64,000 bases of DNA from a virus: IMG/VR virus record IMGVR_UViG_3300037205_000062, positions 1-64,000 of that record. One strand, 5' to 3'. The position numbers were made by a program, and so were the translations under genes. A model generated the notes under the pieces. That model was given only the letters and a program-made list of their open reading frames with translations. It was not told the origin of the DNA and searched no databases. Below are positions 6,891 to 14,858 of the stretch, in pieces; the first letter of the stretch is position 1, and every line of letters starts with the position of its first letter.

Positions 6891-7610
6891 ATGAAAAATA
6901 AACATAATAGTACGAAGGATAATTCCTTGCGTATTGAACAGCGCGATAAAATTGCGCAACCATTTGAAATTCGCCCGTTTAAATGGACAGAAAAACAACA
7001 AAAACTTATTGATGTTGTTTTGGATAAAACCTCTCAAGTAATTTTTATTAAATCTCCTCCTGGGACTGGTAAGACACTGCTTTCAGTTTATTGTTCCTTA
7101 GTTCTTCTTAATAAGAAGTCCTTAAGTGAAGTTTTGTTCGTGAGAAACCCTATTGAAAGTTGCTCAAAAAGCATAGGTTTTTTACCAGCCGAAAAAGAAT
7201 CTAAACTTGATGTATATGCCACCCCTTTATATGATCATTTAATAGAACTACTGGACAAACCCACTCAAGAAAAACTATTAAAAGATGAACGTATTAAAAT
7301 TGATAGTGTAGGCTTTCTTAAGGGAGTTACCTTTCATAATAAAGCTATTATTTGCGACGAAGCTGAAGACCTAAACCTAAATGAACTAAGACTTATTTTG
7401 GGACGCTTGGGAAGGTTTTCCAAGCTTTTTATTATCGGCGACGAACATCAATCAAATATTAAGGATAGTGCCTTCTTAAAAATCTTTAATCTTTTTAGTA
7501 CGGAAAGAGCTAAAGAACAAGGAATTTATACCTTTGAATTTACTTCGGATGATTGTATGAGAAATAATATAATGAAGTTTATCTTGGGAGAATTAGATAA
7601 GCTAAAATAA
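6891..7610 (+). CDS. phoH: PhoH-family ATPase
   Basis: Walker A PPGTGKT, IGFLP, Walker B IICDEAED, IIGDxxQ; typical size. Confidence 0.9.
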   Translation: MKNKHNSTKDNSLRIEQRDKIAQPFEIRPFKWTEKQQKLIDVVLDKTSQVIFIKSPPGTGKTLLSVYCSLVLLNKKSLSEVLFVRNPIESCSKSIGFLPAEKESKLDVYATPLYDHLIELLDKPTQEKLLKDERIKIDSVGFLKGVTFHNKAIICDEAEDLNLNELRLILGRLGRFSKLFIIGDEHQSNIKDSAFLKIFNLFSTERAKEQGIYTFEFTSDDCMRNNIMKFILGELDKLK

Positions 7611-7615
7611 AAAAA

Positions 7616-7840
7616 ATGAACATATTAAAAGTAAAAATTTATGATTGTGATCATCCAAAATACTATTTTTGGATATTTGGAAATATAAAACCGCAAGGTA
7701 TCGTAGATATGAATGAAGATGTATATCTAAAACGTCCTTATGCCAATGTTCCTGATTACGCAAAACACTATCTTACTAAGACACAAATGAACAAATTAAA
7801 ATTTAATGATGATACTTTAATTTGGATGGAATCAGTTTAA
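7616..7840 (+). CDS. hypothetical protein
   Basis: 74-aa ORF coupled to phoH. Confidence 0.6.
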   Translation: MNILKVKIYDCDHPKYYFWIFGNIKPQGIVDMNEDVYLKRPYANVPDYAKHYLTKTQMNKLKFNDDTLIWMESV

Positions 7841-8298
7841 ACCATTTTAACATTTAATATTTTCGTAATGTAATCAAGTGCTCTATAAATAGTCGGTTTA
7901 CCCTTGTGTATAAATACGACCCATTGAATATTCGAGTTATATACTTTGCGGCAAAAATCTAAATAATCTTTTAAGTTTTTACTAACGGCAAAATCTATTA
8001 CAATAGCATTATAGTCTGGCGCGGGAGATTGGAAGCTATATTTTTTAATTGATTCTATGGGATTTTTCTCATCTTCCATTTTTATATAATTAAATAAAAT
8101 GGACGCATTTTCATCACTATATGAAAACCCATTATATTTATGAAATAGGTCGCCGCAATATTGAAGTCTTTCTTTTAAGTTATTTTTATTAAAAATAAAT
8201 GGGCTATTGGGATGATTAATAATTAGCATCTTTTGTATTTTTATAAAAAAGTCTATCTTTTCTTGCTTTGATAATTTTTGGAATGGCTGTAACAACAT
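7837..8298 (-). CDS. hypothetical protein
   Basis: 153-aa ORF, convergent 4-nt overlap, TATAAT just upstream on the minus strand. Confidence 0.75.
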   Translation of the reverse strand: MLLQPFQKLSKQEKIDFFIKIQKMLIINHPNSPFIFNKNNLKERLQYCGDLFHKYNGFSYSDENASILFNYIKMEDEKNPIESIKKYSFQSPAPDYNAIVIDFAVSKNLKDYLDFCRKVYNSNIQWVVFIHKGKPTIYRALDYITKILNVKMV

Positions 8299-8315
8299 AT
8301 TATTATAATGATTAC

Positions 8316-8340
8316 TATTATTATTATTATTATTATTATT
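8316..8340. repeat. (TAT)8 microsatellite
   Basis: Perfect trinucleotide run in a divergent intergenic region. Confidence 0.85.
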
Positions 8341-8360
8341 AATTTATTATAGAAAAAAGA

Positions 8361-8366
8361 GTGTAA
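8361..8366 (+). promoter_or_regulatory. GTGTAA putative late promoter (sigma/terminase operon)
   Basis: Same motif found upstream of 12 other late genes. Confidence 0.55.
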
Positions 8367-8388
8367 GACACATAATATATATTTACAT

Positions 8389-8799
8389 ATGCCCTCATAT
8401 TGTCATAACTGTGGAAAAAAAATGGAACCGATTTGGCGCACATGCCCATTCTGTTCAACTTCATTAGCCTCCCTAAATGAAAGTCCTAAAAACCATAGGA
8501 CACATAATAATAGTCATCAAGAAGCAACTATTGTTGCCGTAGGAGAAGATGATGAAGATTCTAACTATTTAGATCATATTAATAAATTTACGCCTCGCAT
8601 AGATGGTTTACTAGTTGAATTTCAAAAACCTCAATTAAAAGAATCCCTTAGTAATCTCATTAATAATCCTATGGCACCCCCTCCTCCCATTATTCCCAAC
8701 CCTAACGTTCCTCAAAGATCAAAAGAGGAAATATTAAGAGAATTTAAACAAGAAGCTGGGACTCCAGCCCAAAGACTTAATAATGAAGTAAACGGGTAA
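8389..8799 (+). CDS. zinc-ribbon protein
   Basis: N-terminal CHNCG...CPFC; acidic and Pro-rich remainder. Confidence 0.8.
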   Translation: MPSYCHNCGKKMEPIWRTCPFCSTSLASLNESPKNHRTHNNSHQEATIVAVGEDDEDSNYLDHINKFTPRIDGLLVEFQKPQLKESLSNLINNPMAPPPPIIPNPNVPQRSKEEILREFKQEAGTPAQRLNNEVNG

Positions 8800-8828
8800 T
8801 AGTAGTAGTAGCATTAAAGTATAGCAGT

Positions 8829-9512
8829 ATGTCTAAAGACCTAAAAACTTTTCAAGATTATTATCCAATTATCTTAGAAGAAGTACAAAAAAGAAAAAAT
8901 AAATGGACATTGACTAGCGTTCAATCTATGTCCTATGAAGACGTACAACAAATAATTTTATTACATATTTGGCGCAAATTCCATTTGTTTGATCAAACTA
9001 AACCTATACAACCTTGGCTCAATATTATTATTTCCCATCAAATAAAGAATATTATTAGAAATGTATATAGTAATTTTTCAAGACCTTGCCTTAAATGTTA
9101 CGCGGCTATAGATAATAATGGATGTAAAATTTATGGAGAACAATGTTCTACGTGCCCTTTGTACGCCTATTGGAAGAAAAGAAAAGAACCCGCGACTAAT
9201 ATTAAAATGCCTGTTTCTATTGAAAATCATGTTGATGAAGTAAGAAGTATTTTTGATAATGGTTCTAATTTATTTAATGATATTGAAAAGGCTCATGTGG
9301 CTATGAAAAAAATTTTAAAACCAATTGAATACAAAATTTATGAAGGGTTATTTATAAGACAAGAAGATGAGGCTACAGTAGCTAAAAAACTCGGTTATAT
9401 AAGTAACGAGCGTGGACGTGCCCCTGGATATAAACAGGTGAAAAATATTCGCAAAAGCATACTAATAAAATTTAAAAAAGCACTTAAGGAAGGCCTAATT
9501 GATATTTTTTGA
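8829..9512 (+). CDS. phage sigma70/ECF-like sigma factor with a Cys-rich insertion
   Basis: Region 2-like YEDVQQIILLHIWRK..FD....PWLNII...IKNIIR; region 4-like HTH ATVAKKLGY; CxxC-x8-C-x6-CxxC between them. Confidence 0.75.
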   Translation: MSKDLKTFQDYYPIILEEVQKRKNKWTLTSVQSMSYEDVQQIILLHIWRKFHLFDQTKPIQPWLNIIISHQIKNIIRNVYSNFSRPCLKCYAAIDNNGCKIYGEQCSTCPLYAYWKKRKEPATNIKMPVSIENHVDEVRSIFDNGSNLFNDIEKAHVAMKKILKPIEYKIYEGLFIRQEDEATVAKKLGYISNERGRAPGYKQVKNIRKSILIKFKKALKEGLIDIF

Positions 9513-10603
9513 CAAATATGCCGCTAACTCAAGAACAACAAGATTTAATTATTAGTACATGGAATAAAAGCGAAACCCCATCATTAAAAGAATTAGTATT
9601 ATTAATTTGTGGAGAGGGGATAGATGGTCGTTCGGAATGTGGTCGAGAAATAAAGGCGTTTTTAGCTACTAGAAATCTTCGCGCAAAAGCGTCTTCCGAC
9701 AAAGAAAGTAAAATTGAACAAATTACCTTAACGGATGAACATAAATTATACATCGTCAATAATATTGCTAATAATTCTTCATTAGAAATTGCGCGCACAC
9801 TTTTTAATAATAAAAATCTCACTAATCTTAATGCGGAAACTAGAGTCGTAAGTGAATATGTAAAATCTCTTAATACCAAAGTAATTTATGGTGGCAAAGA
9901 AGCCGCAGAAGAAATTCCTAGCGGCGAATATGAACCACCCAAAAGTTTAGATAAAGCTCTTAAAAAAATTAATGAATATGTTAATTTTGTTAATGGCACC
10001 CAAAACTTAAATGCCCAACAAAAAAAGAATGTAGAAAAACTTATTGAATACCTACATACTTATAGATTTATTAGATTGATGAATACTTTTGAATCTCAAT
10101 ATGATAGAAAAAGCTGCGAAGATGCTTTTATACGTTATACTTATGATAAGCCAGATTTGACGCAAGAAGAAATTGATCAATATATTGAATTAGCTAGTGA
10201 AATTGTTCATGGTATTAGCGTAAAAAGAAGAATGGAGAAGTTAGGCAAACAACAAGATAATATCACGGCTAATGACGCGGATTCACAAAAATATTCTATG
10301 GGGCTTGTTGAAGCTATTGGTAAAGCAAGTACAGAATATCATCAGTGTAGAGATAGACAAAAAAAATTATTAGAAGCTTTGATACAAAAAAGAAGCGCCC
10401 GATTAGATTCTCAAATACAAGAAAGTGCGAGTATTTTAAATTTAGTTCAGATGTGGCGCAATGAAGAAGAGAGGAAAGAGTTATTAAAAATTGCCGAACT
10501 TGAACAAAAAAGTATTGAGGATGAAGTAGAGAGAATTAGTTCTGTATCGGAAATTAAATTACGTCTCCTCGGTTTAAGTAAACAACAAATATTAAATGGA
10601 TAA
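9509..10603 (+). CDS. helical protein, possible terminase small subunit
   Basis: HTH-like N-terminus, coiled-coil C-terminus, two genes upstream of TerL; ATG 9518 is an alternative start; function is positional only. Confidence 0.45.
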   Translation: MTNMPLTQEQQDLIISTWNKSETPSLKELVLLICGEGIDGRSECGREIKAFLATRNLRAKASSDKESKIEQITLTDEHKLYIVNNIANNSSLEIARTLFNNKNLTNLNAETRVVSEYVKSLNTKVIYGGKEAAEEIPSGEYEPPKSLDKALKKINEYVNFVNGTQNLNAQQKKNVEKLIEYLHTYRFIRLMNTFESQYDRKSCEDAFIRYTYDKPDLTQEEIDQYIELASEIVHGISVKRRMEKLGKQQDNITANDADSQKYSMGLVEAIGKASTEYHQCRDRQKKLLEALIQKRSARLDSQIQESASILNLVQMWRNEEERKELLKIAELEQKSIEDEVERISSVSEIKLRLLGLSKQQILNG

Positions 10604-11360
10604 TAACGATAATAAAGAAAATTTTTTAGATTGGATGAAAAAGGTTTCTAAAGATGAAATTAAAACATCATTTATGGAATGGTTAATAGCTCGTCAAGAA
10701 GATAAAAGACTAGTTTATTCTTTAGGACAAGTTGAGCTACGTTCACTTAAAATGCCAGGAATTAATTATTTAAATAATTTATTTGGAAATTATTATGAAG
10801 AATGTAAAGGGTTACAATTTATTAATAAGTATGAGGATTTTAATAAGTGGGGAAAACAAATAGAATTAGATAAAAGAAGAGTAATATATTGTGATAGTCG
10901 AGAACAGAATACTTTGTGTTTTAAAAATACAAAAAGCTTAAGAAAAAAATTAGATTTTGGTGACTACGCTTTCAGTGACGCTCTTTGGAGCGGCAATGTA
11001 GTGATAGAAAGGAAAAGTTTAAATGATCTAATTGGAACTTTATTTTCTGGTTATGATAGGTTTATTAGAGAAATAGAACGCGCGAAAAATGACGACGCTT
11101 GCCTTGTCATTTTAGTAGAATGTAATTTGTCAGATTCTATTGATTATAGAAATAGAAAAACCTTGAATTATCATATAACTATTCCCCCAGAGGTAATTTT
11201 TCATAAAGTCAGAAATCTAATACAACAGTACTCTCATATACAATTTCTTTTCGTTCATTCGCATAATAAAGCGGCAGAAATAGTAGAAAAACTATTTAGT
11301 TTGGGTAGTCAAATTAAAAAATACGATTTACAATTGTTGTATGACTTAAATAAGATATAA
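10596..11360 (+). CDS. ERCC4/XPF-domain nuclease
   Basis: DSREQ...LDFGDY...VIERKSLNDL catalytic signature. Confidence 0.85.
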   Translation: MDNNDNKENFLDWMKKVSKDEIKTSFMEWLIARQEDKRLVYSLGQVELRSLKMPGINYLNNLFGNYYEECKGLQFINKYEDFNKWGKQIELDKRRVIYCDSREQNTLCFKNTKSLRKKLDFGDYAFSDALWSGNVVIERKSLNDLIGTLFSGYDRFIREIERAKNDDACLVILVECNLSDSIDYRNRKTLNYHITIPPEVIFHKVRNLIQQYSHIQFLFVHSHNKAAEIVEKLFSLGSQIKKYDLQLLYDLNKI

Positions 11361-11363
11361 TTT

Positions 11364-14300
11364 ATGTGGCACGATCCTTTTGAGAAAAGCAATATTATAA
11401 TTCCTAACGTAAATGATGAACTTGCGAAGTTAGTGGGAGAATTATCTGATGATGAAGCTAGAATTACTTTAGCTAAATTTTTATACAAAAATTTAGGCTT
11501 CACTGTGGAGTTGTTAACGGGAATGAAGTTATATCCAGATCAAATTATTAATATAAAAGGTATATTAGAAAGTAACTATTCTCTTTGCGTTTGGGGACGT
11601 GGTATGGGAAAATGCGAATTATATCACAGCGATACACAATTAGTTACTAAAAGATTTGGCTTAATCTCTTTGACCAAATTATTTCCAAATGTAGATTTTT
11701 CCAAACATGATGAATGGGTTGAGATTCCAGAAACAGAACTTTGGAATGGAACAAAATGGGTAAAAATAAATAAAATTTTAATTCAGCAAAAAATACCATC
11801 AACTAGAATAACTACTTCTAATGGATATTCATTGGCTGGTTCTAATAAACATTTAGTTAAGGTATGGGATAAACAAAAATGTGAAGTAGTATGGAAAAGA
11901 TATTATGAATTAAATACTGATGATTATATATGTATAAGTAGAAACAAAAATTCTCTTGATATATTAAACATTCCTACATCTTCACAAGATGTTAAGGAGG
12001 CATATTTAATTGGTTTGTTATTAGGAGATGGTTGTCTTAGAAAAAATAGTTTTTCTATCGTTTCTGCTGATGAGGAAATATTAACTTTTATAGAGACTTT
12101 TAAAGTTGGGAAAAGAATTAAAGACAAACGCAGCAAGGCGATAAATATTAATTTGAGTAATGAATTAAAAGAATATTTATTGAATAAATATAATATAAAA
12201 ATTTGTTTATCCCATGACAAGGAAATCCCTCAATATATTCTTGAGAGTAAATCTTTAATAAAATCGTGTTTACAGGGATTGTTTGACACCGATGGATGTT
12301 CGTATAATAACTGTCTTGGAATTCAATATAGTTCGACATCAATACATTTAATTAAACAAATTCATAATTTACTTAGTTTATTTGGTATTATTGGTGCTAT
12401 TAAAGAAAAGAAGACAAAATCTATTTTTGGCAAAGCGTGGGTTATAAACATCTTTGGAGATAATGTTATTAAATTTTATAATGAAATAGGTTTTAAATTA
12501 ACTAGGAAAACAAATAATATAAAAGAAAATTTATCTAATATTACTAATACAAATAAAGATATTGTGCCAGGAATAAAAGAATACTGCCAAAAGTATATCA
12601 AATCTAATATTCGTTTACCAAAAATTCTATCTGATGAATGGAGAAATAAAATAAGAAGAAAAAATAATCAAATAAACATTTCGTATAATACTCTTAAAAA
12701 ATATAAAGATTTTTTTGTAAAGGCGGGATTGAATCAAACAGAAATACAAAAAATCGACAATATTATTGAGGAAAATTTCTTTTTTGATAAAGTAAAATCT
12801 ATTGAAGAACTTGGACAACAAGATTGTATTGATTTTAACGTGCCAGATGGTCAACATTATTGGTCTAATTGTTTTATTTCCCACAATACTTCTATAGCGG
12901 CTTTAGTAGCAGTTTTGCTATGTATATTTAAACCTAAAACAAATATTTTGATTTGTGGTCCCACTTTTAGAACTAGTAGATTTATATTCAATTATATAGA
13001 AAAAATAGTTGAAAGTAGAGAGGGCAAAATGCTTGCAGCGTGCTTGGGTACAAAAAGTAAAAGAAACGATCAATTTGAATGGAAGATAAATGATGGTAGT
13101 ATTGTAGCCATCCCATTGAATGGTGAAAAAATTCGTGGTTTTCGTGCTAATGTTTTAATTATTGATGAATTCCTTTTAATGCAGCAAGACTTAGTAGAAA
13201 GAGTTTTAATGCCTTATCTTATTGTGCCACAAGATTTAAAAAAGAGACAAAAAATTAGAGCCATAGAAGATAATTTAATTAAAAAGGGTATTATAACCGA
13301 AGAACAGAGAACTAAACCAGTTAATAACGCTAAATTAATAGGATTATCTTCCGCTAGTTTTACGTGTGAATATCTTTATAGAACTTACCAAGATTATATC
13401 AATCAAATTTATAATCCATCTCAATCAGAAGACGCTGGTAAATATTTTGTAAGTCAAATGTCGTGGGATAGTATAAAAGACATTAGCGACCGAATAGATA
13501 AAACAGTTATTGAACAAGCTCAAAGTAATCAAGCGAATCTTGCTAGTTTTAAAAGAGAATACGGGGCCACATTTGTAGATGGTTCAGATGGATATTTCTC
13601 AATGAATAAAATGTTAGCGTGTTCAATTAAAGATGGGGAAGAACCAACCCAACTTCTTAAAGGGGCAAAAAATAAAAAATATCTATTATCAATTGATCCA
13701 AATCTCTCTGGTTCAGAAACTTCTGATCATTTTGCTATGTGTGTTTTAGAGTTAGATGAAACAAAGGAAAAGAAATGTACTGGTACCGTAGTTCATCAAT
13801 ATGCTAAGGCGGGTAAAGACCTAAAAGATCATATTGCTTACTTTTTTTATATTTTTACACATTTTAATATTGAAATAATTATTATAGATAATGCTGGTTA
13901 TCAATTTATTGAATCCGCAAATGAAAGCGAAGCATTTAGAAGCTCAAATATTAATATAAAAATTTTTGAATTTGCCGCCGAAAAGGATGGAGAAGAATAT
14001 GTTCAACAATTAAGAGAGGCGAGAAAAGGTTATAATAAACAAATACAAAGAATTGCTTTTACACAAGTTTTTACTACCGATTTTATAACTAAATCTAATG
14101 AATGGTTACAAGGATGTATAGATTTTAAGAGAGTTTGGTTCAGTAGTCCTATTAAAGCTAATCAAGATTCATTTGATAAAGCTATTCAAGTTAAACTTAA
14201 TGATAATTTAATAGATGATAAATTAGATACTGGCGAAAGTGCTATTGGATATTTTATTGATAATCAAGATACATTGATGAAGCAACTTAGATACGAATGT

Positions 14301-14504
14301 AGCGCAATTGAAGTCACTGTCAATTCTAAAGGAGTACAAACATTTGATTTACCGCAAGTTATAAAACGCGACCAAAGCGCCTCCAGAATGCGCCGTGATA
14401 GTTATACCGCGCTTCTTTTAGCTGCTTGGGGTATGAAAGCTTATAATGATTTATTAAACACTTCAGTAGAACAGTATGAAACATTTGAACCCTTTGTTGT
14501 ATAA
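11364..14504 (+). CDS. terL: terminase large subunit (intein-containing; ~621 aa after splicing)
   Basis: Walker A GRGMGK/T split by the intein, IRGFRANVLIIDE Walker B, LSSA motif III, RNase H-like SIDP...DHFA and RRDSY. Confidence 0.9.
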   Translation: MWHDPFEKSNIIIPNVNDELAKLVGELSDDEARITLAKFLYKNLGFTVELLTGMKLYPDQIINIKGILESNYSLCVWGRGMGKCELYHSDTQLVTKRFGLISLTKLFPNVDFSKHDEWVEIPETELWNGTKWVKINKILIQQKIPSTRITTSNGYSLAGSNKHLVKVWDKQKCEVVWKRYYELNTDDYICISRNKNSLDILNIPTSSQDVKEAYLIGLLLGDGCLRKNSFSIVSADEEILTFIETFKVGKRIKDKRSKAININLSNELKEYLLNKYNIKICLSHDKEIPQYILESKSLIKSCLQGLFDTDGCSYNNCLGIQYSSTSIHLIKQIHNLLSLFGIIGAIKEKKTKSIFGKAWVINIFGDNVIKFYNEIGFKLTRKTNNIKENLSNITNTNKDIVPGIKEYCQKYIKSNIRLPKILSDEWRNKIRRKNNQINISYNTLKKYKDFFVKAGLNQTEIQKIDNIIEENFFFDKVKSIEELGQQDCIDFNVPDGQHYWSNCFISHNTSIAALVAVLLCIFKPKTNILICGPTFRTSRFIFNYIEKIVESREGKMLAACLGTKSKRNDQFEWKINDGSIVAIPLNGEKIRGFRANVLIIDEFLLMQQDLVERVLMPYLIVPQDLKKRQKIRAIEDNLIKKGIITEEQRTKPVNNAKLIGLSSASFTCEYLYRTYQDYINQIYNPSQSEDAGKYFVSQMSWDSIKDISDRIDKTVIEQAQSNQANLASFKREYGATFVDGSDGYFSMNKMLACSIKDGEEPTQLLKGAKNKKYLLSIDPNLSGSETSDHFAMCVLELDETKEKKCTGTVVHQYAKAGKDLKDHIAYFFYIFTHFNIEIIIIDNAGYQFIESANESEAFRSSNINIKIFEFAAEKDGEEYVQQLREARKGYNKQIQRIAFTQVFTTDFITKSNEWLQGCIDFKRVWFSSPIKANQDSFDKAIQVKLNDNLIDDKLDTGESAIGYFIDNQDTLMKQLRYECSAIEVTVNSKGVQTFDLPQVIKRDQSASRMRRDSYTALLLAAWGMKAYNDLLNTSVEQYETFEPFVV
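11613..12887 (+). mobile_element. intein with LAGLIDADG homing endonuclease (425 aa)
   Basis: Begins with Cys (K/CELY), block B SNKH, YLIGLLLGDG and LQGLFDTDG motifs, ends ISHN/T. Confidence 0.93.
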
Positions 14505-14507
14505 AAA

Positions 14508-14514
14508 GTGTAAT
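14508..14514 (+). promoter_or_regulatory. GTGTAAT putative late promoter
   Basis: Recurrent intergenic motif. Confidence 0.6.
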
Positions 14515-14534
14515 TAATTTTATTAATAAGGTAT

Positions 14535-14858
14535 ATGGCATATCATAAATGGACACAAGAAGAACAGGATTTTTTAATTAAATATTATCCTACTTATAGA
14601 GGAAAATATTGTTCTCAAAAATTAAATATGTCTTGGAGACAAATCAATTCCAAAGCAGCTCTAATGAATTTAAAAATACAAGACGAGGAAGGTTATATAA
14701 TTTGCTCTAAATGTTATAATAAAAAACTAAATTCTGAATTTTATATAGATAAAAGATATGATATATCATTTAGGATTTGTAAGGAATGTTTTCATTACAC
14801 AAATCTTCAACCCTTATGGGCACAAGATAATTTAAAGAAAAGGGATAAAATAATATGA
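14535..14858 (+). pseudogene. internally deleted HNH/EndoVII-like homing endonuclease (ORF still open)
   Basis: WTQEE motif and Zn finger CSKC..CKEC joined directly to FHYTNLQPLWAQDN; no HIDH-type catalytic segment. Confidence 0.6.
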
